Source: Candidatus Hadarchaeales archaeon | Lineage (GTDB): Archaea; Hadarchaeota; Hadarchaeia; Hadarchaeales; WYZ-LMO6 | DNA: 64,000 nt | Assembly: GCA_038851755.1 (NCBI GenBank) | Contig: JAWCKR010000005.1 | Location: 5,819 to 69,818, forward strand | Direction: 5' to 3' | Shown: positions 27,868 to 37,218 of the stretch, piece by piece | Position numbering within the stretch: the first letter of the stretch is position 1 | Layout of the letters: every line of letters starts with the position of its first letter | Made by a program: the position numbers and the translations under genes | The notes under the pieces: model-generated | Told to the model about the DNA's origin: nothing | The model's input: the letters and a program-made list of their open reading frames with translations, nothing else | The model's database searches: none

Positions 27868-28551
27868 TTGCTGAGCAGGACTAGGGAACTGGTAGAGGAG
27901 GCCAAAAGGTTTCACGGACATCTCTGTCCCTTCCTCTCTCTGGGAGTGAGAGCCTCCGAGATCGCCATGAAAAGGCTGGGGGTGAAAAGGGCCGGAGAGG
28001 GGGAAACGGTGGGGGAAAGGCTCCTGGCCCTAGTGGAGTGCAACAGCTGCTTCACGGACGGGGTACAGGTGGCCACGGGATGCACGCTGGGGAACAACTG
28101 CCTGATCTACCTGGATTTAGGGAAAACTGCAGTCACGCTGGTGAAGAGGGGGGAGTGGAAGGGGATAAGGGTGTGCGTGGACCCTGAGTACCTCAGGGCG
28201 AAGCACTTCAGCAGGGAGGCGCTGGAACTCTTCGAGAAGGTGGTGAGCAGGAGGGAAGGAACGGAAGAGGAGGCAAGAAAACTGGGTGAGCTGTGGGAAG
28301 AGATAGGTTACAAGATGGCAGAACTCCCGGAGGAGGAGTTCAAGATCGAGGAAGTGGGGGTTAAGGAGCTGGAGCTGGCCCCCATCTTTGACAGCGTGAG
28401 GTGCGAAGAATGTGGTGAGCTGGTCATGAAAACCAGGATCAAAAAAAGGGAAGGAAAGAACCTCTGCCTCGGTTGTGAAGGGAGGTGCAACGCCGTGATG
28501 GGAAGGGGGATAGTGGTGGGAATGGAGGTACCCCTCAGGAGGGGAAGTTGA
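27868..28551 (+). CDS. FmdE family protein
   Basis: FHGHLCP, ECNSCFTDGVQ, GCTLGN, C-terminal CEEC..CLGC. Confidence 0.9.
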   Translation: MLSRTRELVEEAKRFHGHLCPFLSLGVRASEIAMKRLGVKRAGEGETVGERLLALVECNSCFTDGVQVATGCTLGNNCLIYLDLGKTAVTLVKRGEWKGIRVCVDPEYLRAKHFSREALELFEKVVSRREGTEEEARKLGELWEEIGYKMAELPEEEFKIEEVGVKELELAPIFDSVRCEECGELVMKTRIKKREGKNLCLGCEGRCNAVMGRGIVVGMEVPLRRGS

Positions 28552-29684
28552 TGGAGAAAGGAGGCCTGAACATCCCCGTGGTTTTGGTGGGCGCTCTCGC
28601 CCTCATTCTCCTCTCTTCCGCGGTCTTTCTCCTAATCAGTCCGGCGGAGAAAAAAGAAACTGTAGGACCTGTAGTAATCCAAGACCTTTTGGGAAGGGAA
28701 GTGGTAATACCCGAAAACCTCAGCAGGGTGGTGGCGGCGGGACCGGGCGCGCTCAGGCTTCTCTGCTACCTAGATGCCACCGACCTGCTCGTAGGTGTGG
28801 AGGAGGCGGAGAAGAACTGGGGCTTCACGGGCCGTGACTACGCCATGGCCTATGGCCAGCGGTTTGAGAACCTCCCTGTGATAGGCCCAGGAGGTCCGGG
28901 CAGACCCCCCTCTCCCGAACTACTGCTGGCCGTGCAGCCCCAGCTCATTCTCCTCTCCCCCACTTACGCCAGCATGTATGATCCCGACCGCCTCCAGAAC
29001 GAAACCGGGGCCGTCGTGATGGTGACGGGGTACGGGGCTACCGGAGTGGCGCTGGAGGCCTTGGAAAACATGATCAGTACCCTGGGGAGGGCCCTCCGCA
29101 GGGAAGAAAGGGCCAAAGAGCTGGTGGATTTCATCGAGGGACTGCGCCGGGACTTGGACCTCAGAACCGCGGGTCTGGAAAACAGGCCGAGCGTTTACGT
29201 AGGTGCCATTTCCTACAAGGGGCCCCAGCCCTTCACCACCACCCAGTCGCCCTACCCTCCCCTCCAGCTCCTCAACACGCCAAGCATAGCGGATAACGCA
29301 ACCAGTGGCGAACCACCCACCGTCGATTTCGAATTCATCCTCCAGAAGGATCCGAACTTCGTCTTCATAGACCAGAACAATCTGAACACCGTACTACAGG
29401 ACTTCAACAAGGACCCGGCGAAGTACCGGCATCTCTCCGCCTTCCGAGAGGGGAGGGTTTACGGCCTTCTACCATACAACTACTATGCCACCAACTTCAG
29501 CGTGGCCCTCGCCAACGCTTACTACTTGGGGAAAATACTATACCCAGACCGCTTCGCCGACGTGGACCCAGTGAAGAAAGCCGACGAAATCTTCAGAACT
29601 TTTGTGGGTAAACCTCTCTACTCAGCCTACGAGAACGCCTATGGGGGCTTCCGCAACCTCTCCGCCCTCTTTCCACCTTCCTGA
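28551..29684 (+). CDS. metal-chelate ABC transporter substrate-binding protein (BtuF/FepB-like)
   Basis: N-terminal anchor, DLLGREVVIP, RVVAAGPGALRL. Confidence 0.88.
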   Translation: MEKGGLNIPVVLVGALALILLSSAVFLLISPAEKKETVGPVVIQDLLGREVVIPENLSRVVAAGPGALRLLCYLDATDLLVGVEEAEKNWGFTGRDYAMAYGQRFENLPVIGPGGPGRPPSPELLLAVQPQLILLSPTYASMYDPDRLQNETGAVVMVTGYGATGVALEALENMISTLGRALRREERAKELVDFIEGLRRDLDLRTAGLENRPSVYVGAISYKGPQPFTTTQSPYPPLQLLNTPSIADNATSGEPPTVDFEFILQKDPNFVFIDQNNLNTVLQDFNKDPAKYRHLSAFREGRVYGLLPYNYYATNFSVALANAYYLGKILYPDRFADVDPVKKADEIFRTFVGKPLYSAYENAYGGFRNLSALFPPS

Positions 29685-29687
29685 ATC

Positions 29688-30743
29688 ATGGACCCAAAGT
29701 TCAGAAGGCTAATCCGCAGGAAGAGGCTTGTCCTCCTCTTCCTGATCCTATTCGTCCTCCTCCTCATTCCCCTCTCCCTGAGCCTCGGCACCTACAGGGC
29801 CTCGCCCCTCGACGTCCTGAGGGTGCTTCTCAGGCCCGACGGTAGTCCCCTCTCGACCGTCATCTGGGATCTACGGCTCCGGAGGATTCTGGCAGCCCTT
29901 CTCATAGGTGCGGTGCTTGGCTCCTCGGGAGCTGCCGTACAGGCCTCCATGAGGAACCCGCTCGCCTCCCCCTTCACCTTCGGCCTTTCCTTCGCTGCCT
30001 CTTTGGGAGTAGCGGTGGCTCTCCTCTTCATGCACGGCGGAAACGTGGGCAGGTTCACCATCTCCGTGTACAACCCCTTTCTAGTCTCCGCCTCCGCCTT
30101 CTCCTTTTCCCTCCTGCAAGTGGCCCTCATCCTCCTCCTCGCCCGCAGAGCCGGGCTTGACACCAGGGCCGTGATCCTCTCCGCTATCGCCATTTCCTTC
30201 CTCTACCAGGCCCTCCTCTACCTGCTGCAGTATTTCGTCCTCAACGAGGTCCTGGTCTCCACCGTGATTTTTTGGACCTTCGGGGATTTGGGGAGGGTAA
30301 GCTGGACGGAACTCTGGTTCCTCTCCCTACCCTCCCTGCTCCTTGTGCTCCCCTATTTCCTGTACCGCAGCTTGGACTACGACCTTCTGGCCAGCGGTGA
30401 CGAACTCACCCGCTCGAGCGGGGTGAGCCCTGAAAGGATAAGACTGGAAACATGTATAGTGGCGGCCTTGGGCACGGCCCTGGCCACTTCCTTCGCGGGC
30501 ATCATAGGTTTTGTTTGCCTAGTGGCACCTCACGCCTGTAGGCTTCTGTTGGGGGGAGGACACAGATACCTGATGCCAGCCTCCATGGTCATGGGTGCCC
30601 TCATCCTCCTCCTCTCGGACACCGTGGGGAGAACCATCCTTTCGCCAACGATTATACCCGTGGGCATCATGACCTCGCTGGTGGGTGCCCCCCTCCTAGT
30701 CTACCTGCTCATGAGGGGTGGAAGGCTTGGCGGTGGATATTAG
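29688..30743 (+). CDS. FecCD/BtuC-family ABC permease
   Basis: RNPLASPFTFG, GIIGFVCLVAPH, IPVGIMTSLVGAP. Confidence 0.92.
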   Translation: MDPKFRRLIRRKRLVLLFLILFVLLLIPLSLSLGTYRASPLDVLRVLLRPDGSPLSTVIWDLRLRRILAALLIGAVLGSSGAAVQASMRNPLASPFTFGLSFAASLGVAVALLFMHGGNVGRFTISVYNPFLVSASAFSFSLLQVALILLLARRAGLDTRAVILSAIAISFLYQALLYLLQYFVLNEVLVSTVIFWTFGDLGRVSWTELWFLSLPSLLLVLPYFLYRSLDYDLLASGDELTRSSGVSPERIRLETCIVAALGTALATSFAGIIGFVCLVAPHACRLLLGGGHRYLMPASMVMGALILLLSDTVGRTILSPTIIPVGIMTSLVGAPLLVYLLMRGGRLGGGY

Positions 30744-31482
30744 AGTAAAGGGGGTGAGTGTCCTCTACCGGAGCTTCAGGGCCCTAGAGGGAGTCTCGCT
30801 GGAGGTGGGGGCAGGTGAAATCCTCTCGCTGGTGGGACCCAACGGGGCGGGAAAAACCACCCTCCTTAAGGTAATCGATGGAGTGCTGAGACCCCACAGG
30901 GGAGTGGTGTTCTTGGACGGGAGAGCGGTGGGGGAGATGCCCAGGAGGGAGGTGGCGAGGAGAATGGGAATGGTGCCCCAAAAAACTCTGCCCACTGGGA
31001 TGCTCACGGTCTTCGACTTCGTGCTGACCGGTAGAAGGCCATACATGAAATGGGCGCCTTCCAGAGAGGACGAGAAAAAAGCCTACGAGAGCCTTCGGAA
31101 GGTGGGAGCACTGCGGTTGGCAGGAAGAACGCTGGAGGAACTCAGCGGGGGGGAACTCCAGAGGGTGTACTTAGCCAGGGCACTGGCTGGGGATCCAGAA
31201 ATCCTGTTGCTAGACGAGCCCACGGCAAACCTAGACCCCAAACATCAGCTGGAGACCCTGGAGCTGCTGGAAGAACTGCGCTCCCATGGTCTGTGCCTGG
31301 TTCTCGCCACCCATGACCTGACCCATGCTTACAGGGTTTCGGATAAAGTCCTCATGTTAAAAGGAGGCAGGGTCTTTGCCTTGGGTAGCCCGGAGGAAGT
31401 ATTGACTCCGGGAAACCTCCTCAAGGTATACGGGGTGAGAATGCTCGTGCTGCCCACACACAGGATAATCGTGCCCGCGTGA
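30733..31482 (+). CDS. ABC transporter ATP-binding protein
   Basis: GPNGAGKT, LSGGELQR, LLLDEPT. Confidence 0.93.
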   Translation: MDIRVKGVSVLYRSFRALEGVSLEVGAGEILSLVGPNGAGKTTLLKVIDGVLRPHRGVVFLDGRAVGEMPRREVARRMGMVPQKTLPTGMLTVFDFVLTGRRPYMKWAPSREDEKKAYESLRKVGALRLAGRTLEELSGGELQRVYLARALAGDPEILLLDEPTANLDPKHQLETLELLEELRSHGLCLVLATHDLTHAYRVSDKVLMLKGGRVFALGSPEEVLTPGNLLKVYGVRMLVLPTHRIIVPA

Positions 31483-31523
31483 GGCATGGGTTTCCGTGTG
31501 CCGTGCTTTTCGCCCTCCGCAGC

Positions 31524-32108
31524 TCACTCCTCAGGAGATGAGAACCTGCGGTGGTAAATCCTTGCCAGTACACCCAGCACCGCCGGAACGAGGGCAAAGA
31601 AGAAGGGCCAGCCCAAGGACATTCTGAGCGGAAGGGTGATGGTCGTGTTCTCCATCTCCAGCACGGCGGTGGAGCTTCCCGAGAGGTAGGGCAGGCTGAA
31701 GCCCCGCAGTTCGGGGACCTTTCCTGCAAGGAAGTTGCCCAGCAAGGAAAGTGCCAAGAGCAGGACGAGGAAGCCTACCCACATCCAGAGCAGCTTGGTG
31801 GCCCCGAACTTCAGCAGCCTCCTCGACCACCACCTCTTGGGGTAGAGGGAAGCCAGGATAAGGAAGATCCCCGAGATGACGAGGGTGAGGGTGGCTCCCA
31901 GACATATGAAGCGCACGAGCGTAGAAGAAATGGGCTGATCCAGCGCCACCAGCCTGAAGCTGAAGGGGGAGAGGGAGAAGTCTACCGCTCCAGTACCCAG
32001 GGTCAGGCTCCACCAGGCGCCCAGGAAGGGCAGGAGGATCATGAGGGGGCCCGCCACCAGACCGAACCAGTTGGGGCCCTTCGGACCCCACTTCAGGGAA
32101 AGCTTCAT
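31524..32108 (-). CDS. hypothetical membrane protein
   Basis: About four hydrophobic helices; overlaps the upstream stop. Confidence 0.75.
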   Translation of the reverse strand: MKLSLKWGPKGPNWFGLVAGPLMILLPFLGAWWSLTLGTGAVDFSLSPFSFRLVALDQPISSTLVRFICLGATLTLVISGIFLILASLYPKRWWSRRLLKFGATKLLWMWVGFLVLLLALSLLGNFLAGKVPELRGFSLPYLSGSSTAVLEMENTTITLPLRMSLGWPFFFALVPAVLGVLARIYHRRFSSPEE

Positions 32109-32665
32109 CCCTCCACCTCCTGATAGACCTCCGTCGACTCCTCCACCGGCACCCTGAATTCTATGCCATAGACGTCCAGCGTGAAGTCTCCCCTAAGGTC
32201 CAGGCGGGCTTGCAGGTAGGAATCGGTCACGTGCTGCTCCAGCAGGTGGCGGGAACCCTCATGCGTGAAAATCAGGAGAAGCCTCAGGTTCTCCCTCGAC
32301 TCCGGCTCGACCACCACAGCACTCTCCAGCCTCCCCTCCCCCACTTTGAAACCATCTTCCGAGCAGAAGACCTCTAGGGAGACCTCCTTCATCCCGAGCC
32401 TGAAGGAATAGTGATTGGTGAGGGTGATGGACGAGACTAAAGGAGGGAGGTCGTTCTCCAGGGTCACCGGCCCCTGGAAGGCGGTACCCCCCGTCTCTAT
32501 CGTCGGCTCCTTGCCCTCGGAGGTCAGGTCCTCGAAGGGGCCCAAGTCCCCCAGGAGGGTGGAGCGGAGGTCCCAGCCCTCCGATGCAAAGGCCGCTAGG
32601 AAGGGGCCTACCGAAAGTGCCAAGGAAAGAAGGAAGAGCCCGACGCGAAGCGCTCTTTCGCCCAC
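32105..32665 (-). CDS. membrane-anchored hypothetical protein (possibly LEA_2-like fold)
   Basis: N-terminal hydrophobic segment then a beta-rich domain. Confidence 0.7.
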   Translation of the reverse strand: MGERALRVGLFLLSLALSVGPFLAAFASEGWDLRSTLLGDLGPFEDLTSEGKEPTIETGGTAFQGPVTLENDLPPLVSSITLTNHYSFRLGMKEVSLEVFCSEDGFKVGEGRLESAVVVEPESRENLRLLLIFTHEGSRHLLEQHVTDSYLQARLDLRGDFTLDVYGIEFRVPVEESTEVYQEVEG

Positions 32666-32707
32666 CCTTTCCCTCCCGGCAGAGGTTCGGCACCCGAGCT
32701 TTTAACC

Positions 32708-33283
32708 CTATTTGGCCCCTGCCCTCTCCACCAGGACCCTGAGCACGTCCGCCTTGGTGATGATGCCCCTCACCCTTCCCCTCTCCACCACCAGCACGGC
32801 GGGGGCGTGCTCCAGCATCGAGAGGACGGCGGGGGCGGGGAGTTCTGGACCCACGGTGGGAAAGGGCCCACCCATCACCTCCATCACCCTTCTCCTCAGG
32901 AGTCCCTTTCCCTCCCCCTCCGCCACCTTCCTCATCACGTCGGCCTCGGAGAGGGACCCAACCTGGGTACCCTCCTCCAGCACGGGAAGCTGTGAAATGC
33001 CTTTAGCCTCCATGAGCTTCACCGCCTTCTCCACCAAATCGGCGGGTCTCACGTGAAAAACGGGAGAAGTCATCATCTCCCCCGCCCGAAGCAAGGGTTC
33101 TTCCTCTTGCTGGAGGAGCACGGAGGAAAGCCGCTCCAGGGTGGAGAGCTTGGGGTCGGCCTTGCCCGCCTCCATCTTCGCGATGTAAGCCTGGGTGAGA
33201 CCCGTGAGTTCCGCCAGCTTGGCCTGGGTCAGGCCCCTCTTCAGGCGAAGGGCCCTGAGTTCGGACGGTCTGAGAAGCCTCAT
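32708..33283 (-). CDS. XRE-HTH plus CBS domain regulator
   Basis: GLTQAKLAELTGLTQAYIAKMEAG, ISQLPV, GIITKAD. Confidence 0.9.
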   Translation of the reverse strand: MRLLRPSELRALRLKRGLTQAKLAELTGLTQAYIAKMEAGKADPKLSTLERLSSVLLQQEEEPLLRAGEMMTSPVFHVRPADLVEKAVKLMEAKGISQLPVLEEGTQVGSLSEADVMRKVAEGEGKGLLRRRVMEVMGGPFPTVGPELPAPAVLSMLEHAPAVLVVERGRVRGIITKADVLRVLVERAGAK

Positions 33284-33362
33284 ATTCCTACAGGTTATTT
33301 CGGTGACCAAAAGTATATAGACCGCCCCTCCAAAACCCACGGGGGCTCCCGGGAGGCCGTCC

Positions 33363-34154
33363 TTGGACCAGCGAGCGGAGGAACTGCTCACAAGGGGTGC
33401 CAGGTTCCTGCTCTCCTCCCGCTACGCCCTGGCCCTCACCGGAGCGGGGATGTCCACGGAGTCGGGAATCCCCGACTTCAGGGGGCCCTCCGGGATTTGG
33501 ACGAGGCACCCCGAGGAGGAAGCCAGGGCTTACCTGCTCTACCCCAAGTTCCTCTCCGATCCCAAGGGATACTGGGAGGAGGTTCTGAGCAGGCCCTCGC
33601 CACTCGGGGACCTGCGCGCGTTCTCCCCCAACCCGGGGCACCTCGCCCTGGCCGAGCTGGAGAGGATGGGGATCCTCAAAGGGGTGATCACCCAGAACAT
33701 AGACGACCTCCACCGCAGGGCAGGAAGCGTGAAGTTGCTGGAGTACCACGGGAACGCCTTCAAGCTCAGGTGCTTGCGGTGCGGTGCCAGGTATCCCAGA
33801 GAGGGGTTCGACCTGGAGGGAATGAGGAGAAGGGGAGAACTGCCTCCCAGGTGCAGGTGCGGGTCCCCCCTGAAGTCCGATGTGGTCTACTTCGGAGAAC
33901 CCATCCCTGAAGACGTGATGAGGGAGAGCCTGGAGGAGGTAGGGAAGTGCGACCTCGTCCTCGTCTGCGGCACCTCGGCGGTGGTCTACCCCTTCGCCCA
34001 CCTCCCGCGTCTGGCCAAGGAGAAGGGGGCTCTGCTGATGGAGGTGAACCTGGAGCCCACGCCCCTGACCGATTTCTCCGACCTCTCCCTTTTCGGGAGG
34101 GTGGGAGAAATCCTCCCAGCGCTGGTGGAGAGGGTGAAGAGGCTGAAGGGATAA
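33363..34154 (+). CDS. cobB: NAD-dependent protein deacylase (Sir2 family)
   Basis: GAGMSTESGIPDFRG, TQNIDDLH, HGN, GTSAVVYP. Confidence 0.93.
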   Translation: MDQRAEELLTRGARFLLSSRYALALTGAGMSTESGIPDFRGPSGIWTRHPEEEARAYLLYPKFLSDPKGYWEEVLSRPSPLGDLRAFSPNPGHLALAELERMGILKGVITQNIDDLHRRAGSVKLLEYHGNAFKLRCLRCGARYPREGFDLEGMRRRGELPPRCRCGSPLKSDVVYFGEPIPEDVMRESLEEVGKCDLVLVCGTSAVVYPFAHLPRLAKEKGALLMEVNLEPTPLTDFSDLSLFGRVGEILPALVERVKRLKG

Positions 34155-34178
34155 AAAGAGGGAAAACCACGGGGCGGG

Positions 34179-34436
34179 ATGGAGGAAGTCAGGAAGCAGC
34201 TGAAGAAGATAAGGAACGCGGGAATCCTCATGCTCTCGGCGGGGACTCTCCTGCTCCTCACGGGCGTTCTCCTGCTGAGGGGGGCGGAAAACTCGGGAGC
34301 GGCCCTCCGGGACTCCTTCCTTTCCTTCCTGGGGGGCTTCATGGCCCTGCTGGGGGCAGGGATCCTCTACCACGTGTGGAAGGCGACACGGGCGCTTGTG
34401 AAAATGGGGTCGGGGACGGGGGGACCCGGTCACTGA
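34179..34436 (+). CDS. small membrane protein
   Basis: Two hydrophobic helices. Confidence 0.65.
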   Translation: MEEVRKQLKKIRNAGILMLSAGTLLLLTGVLLLRGAENSGAALRDSFLSFLGGFMALLGAGILYHVWKATRALVKMGSGTGGPGH

Positions 34437-34469
34437 TACCTTTTTATACTGGACCTACAAGAGAGGCGC

Positions 34470-34531
34470 GGATATACCGTCTTCTGGATTCGTCCGGGAG
34501 ACCCGAGAAACGCGAGTTTCTTGGTATATCC
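34470..34531 (+). promoter_or_regulatory. structured 5' leader (three-way junction) of CxxC-x17-CxxC gene
   Basis: GGAUAUA/UAUAUCC closing stem, UUCG and GCGA tetraloop hairpins, TTTTTATA box about 25 nt upstream. Confidence 0.7.
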
Positions 34532-34559
34532 AACAAAAAAGAAGAAAGGAGGTTAGGAA

Positions 34560-34718
34560 ATGGACATGGGAAGAGGTCCCCGGCGGGGCTTCAGGCCTAG
34601 GGAAATGCACAAGGCCGTGTGCTCCGACTGCGGGAAGGAATGCGAGGTGCCCTTCAAGCCCACGGAGGGCAGGCCCGTCTACTGCAGGGACTGCTGGGAA
34701 AAGCGCCGCAGGAGATAG
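34560..34718 (+). CDS. CxxC-x17-CxxC zinc-ribbon protein (52 aa, not in ORF track)
   Basis: REMHKAVCSDCGKECEVPFKPTEGRPVYCRDCW; strong AGGAGGT site. Confidence 0.92.
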   Translation: MDMGRGPRRGFRPREMHKAVCSDCGKECEVPFKPTEGRPVYCRDCWEKRRRR

Positions 34719-34766
34719 GCGGAAACGGAGTTGATCCGTTTCCGTGGCCTCTATTTTTTTTCTTTT
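34719..34766 (+). terminator. hairpin plus oligo-T terminator
   Basis: GCGGAAACGGA-GTTGA-TCCGTTTCCGT followed by T tracts. Confidence 0.6.
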
Positions 34767-34914
34767 CACTTTTTGTCAATCCGTTATTTTGCTGCATCGC
34801 GGTTAGCTTTCCATTTTCTTCCACCTCTTTAAGAAACACTACTTTTGGAGATCTTACCCCATCGCCAAGCCCGCTTACTCTCTTTGAGACCAGTGGATTC
34901 ACAAGGCAGGGAGG

Positions 34915-35286
34915 TCATGACCCTTTAACCCGAAAGAACAGCCAGTTCTTCGGCTCCCCCTTCTTGAACCTCAGCAGGCAGTAGGTCCCCTTCAGCTTCT
35001 TCCCCCTCAGCTCGAAAACCAGCCTGTCCTCCCTCCTCTCCTTCAGCACGTACTCCCCCCTGTCCCAAATCTCCACCTCCCCCGCCCCGTACTGCCCCTC
35101 CGGGATGATACCCTCGAAGTTTTCGTACCCCAGGGGATGGTCCTCCACCTGAACAGCTAGCCTCTTCACACCCTCCTCGCGCGGCGGCTCCTTGGGTACC
35201 GCCCAGCTCTTCAGCACGCCATCCATCTCCAGTCTCAGATCGTAGTGCAGACGCCTGGCCCTGTGCCTCTGGATGACGTAGATCAC
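34915..35286 (-). CDS. stand-alone LigD-type 3'-phosphoesterase
   Basis: VIQRHRARRLHYDLRLE, SWAVPK, RLAVQVEDHP, YGAGEVEIWDRG. Confidence 0.92.
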   Translation of the reverse strand: MIYVIQRHRARRLHYDLRLEMDGVLKSWAVPKEPPREEGVKRLAVQVEDHPLGYENFEGIIPEGQYGAGEVEIWDRGEYVLKERREDRLVFELRGKKLKGTYCLLRFKKGEPKNWLFFRVKGS

Positions 35287-37184
35287 CTTCCCAGGACCTT
35301 CCTGGCCCAGGGGAGCTTACCCCCCACCCTGACGATTTCCTCTTCCTTCTCCGAGAGAGGGGAGGAAAGGACCATCCACTCTTCCCTGTACTTTATCCTC
35401 ACCTTACGGAGTTCGGCGGTTTCCACCCTCAACACCTCTTCCACCTGCAGCCTCTCGTACTGGGAAGAATCCAGCAGCAGGGGAAGCACCCCGAAGTTGA
35501 TCAGGTTGTCCAGGTGGATGCGGGCGAAGGATTTAGCCAGCACCGCCCTCACCCCCAGGTACCTCAGGACCAGCGCGGCATGCTCCCTGCTGGACCCCTG
35601 CCCGTAGTTCTCTCCCCCCACCACGAAGCCTCCTCCCTCCTGCTTGGCCCTTGGGTAGAAGGTGGGGTCCAGGCGGGAGAAGGCGTATTTTGCGAGCTCC
35701 GGGAGGTTGCTCCGGAGGGGGAGGACCTCCGCCCCCGCCGGGAGGATGTGATCGGTGCTCACGTCCTCCCCCACCTTCAGCAGGACCTTGCCCTCCAGCA
35801 CGGGGGGGAGGGGGGAGAACTCTGGGAGGGGACGGATGTTGGGTCCCCTCACCACCTCCACCCTATCCGCCTCCCCTAGAGGAAGAGGAGGGAGGAAGCC
35901 CGTGGAGGGAAGGAAGCGTCCTGGCATCCTCACCCTGGGATACCTGCCCATCCCCCTTGGATCCGTCAGCTTCCCCGTGAGGGCGGAGGCGGCCGCCACC
36001 TCTGGACTCACCAGGAAGACCCTGGCATCGGGAGTTCCGCTCCTCCCCTCGAAGTTGCGGTTGAAGGTCCTGAGGGAGGCCGCTCCCGAGGGAGGGGCAC
36101 CCCCCATCCCTATGCAGGGACCGCAGGCACACTCCAGGATCCTGGCACCTGCCTGCAGGAGGTACCTCATCTCCCCGCTCTTCACCAGGTGCTCCACCAC
36201 CTGCCTGGATCCCGGACTTATGAGCAGGTCCACCCCCTCGGCCACCTTTTTCCCCTTGAGCATGTGGGCCACCACCTTCAGGTCCCTGAGCGAAGAGTTG
36301 GTGCAGGAACCTATCACCACCTGCTGTACCTCCTCCCCCTCCACCTCCCTCACCGGCTTCACATTGCCCGGGCTGTGGGGGAGGGCCACCAGGGGCTCCA
36401 GCCTGTCCAGTTCCACCTCCTCCGCCTCCCCGTAACCTCCCTCCTCAGGAAGGGGAACCCAGTCACCCTCCCTCCCCTGTGCCCTGAGGAAGTGCCTGGT
36501 CACCCCGTCGCTGGGGAAGAGACTGGTGGTGGCACCCGTCTCCGTCCCCAGGTTGGTCACCGTGGCCCTCTCCGGAACGCTCAGTCCCCTCACCCCCGGT
36601 CCGAAGTACTCCAGCGCCTTCCCCCTCCCCCCTCTGACCCCGAGCCTCCTGAGCACCTCCAGGGCCAGGTCCTTGGCGGAGACCCACTCGGGAAGCCCGC
36701 CCGAGAGCCTGATTCCCAGCACTTCAGGATAGGTGAAGGAGTAGGGAAGGCCGGCCATGGCCAGGGCCACGTCCAGCCCACCCGCCCCTATGGCCAGGCA
36801 ACCCACCGCCCCGGCGGTGGGGGTGTGGCTGTCCGAGCCCAGGAGGGTCTTCCCTGGGGAGGCGAAGCGTTCCAGGTGGAGCTGGTGGCAGATGCCGTTG
36901 CCGGGTGGAGAGAAGTGAATTCCGTACCTCCTGGCCACCGAAAGCAGGTAACGGTGGTCATCAGCGTTCCTGAAGTCGGTCTGGAGGGTGTTGTGGTCCA
37001 CGTAGCTCACGCTGAGCTCCGTCCTCACCCGCGGAAGCCCCAGCGCCTCAAACTCCAGGTACGCCAGCGTGCCCGTGGCATCCTGTGTGAGGGTCTGGTC
37101 CACCCTCACCGCCACCTCCTCACCGGGCGAGGGCCTGCCTTCGGCCAGGTGCTTCTTTACTATCCTCTCCAGCAGGGTCGCCAT
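35283..37184 (-). CDS. aconitate hydratase
   Basis: QDATGT, GSDSHT, GSCTNS, CGPCIG, RTFNRNF, GQGSSREHA. Confidence 0.92.
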   Translation of the reverse strand: MATLLERIVKKHLAEGRPSPGEEVAVRVDQTLTQDATGTLAYLEFEALGLPRVRTELSVSYVDHNTLQTDFRNADDHRYLLSVARRYGIHFSPPGNGICHQLHLERFASPGKTLLGSDSHTPTAGAVGCLAIGAGGLDVALAMAGLPYSFTYPEVLGIRLSGGLPEWVSAKDLALEVLRRLGVRGGRGKALEYFGPGVRGLSVPERATVTNLGTETGATTSLFPSDGVTRHFLRAQGREGDWVPLPEEGGYGEAEEVELDRLEPLVALPHSPGNVKPVREVEGEEVQQVVIGSCTNSSLRDLKVVAHMLKGKKVAEGVDLLISPGSRQVVEHLVKSGEMRYLLQAGARILECACGPCIGMGGAPPSGAASLRTFNRNFEGRSGTPDARVFLVSPEVAAASALTGKLTDPRGMGRYPRVRMPGRFLPSTGFLPPLPLGEADRVEVVRGPNIRPLPEFSPLPPVLEGKVLLKVGEDVSTDHILPAGAEVLPLRSNLPELAKYAFSRLDPTFYPRAKQEGGGFVVGGENYGQGSSREHAALVLRYLGVRAVLAKSFARIHLDNLINFGVLPLLLDSSQYERLQVEEVLRVETAELRKVRIKYREEWMVLSSPLSEKEEEIVRVGGKLPWARKVLGR

Positions 37185-37218
37185 TTCTGATTCTTACGTC
37201 CCCCGACCTAAAAGGAAG

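Noticed and set aside
34654-34902. 82-aa ORF in a low-GC spacer
   Set aside because: It runs across a terminator and antisense into the CxxC gene, with no recognisable motif
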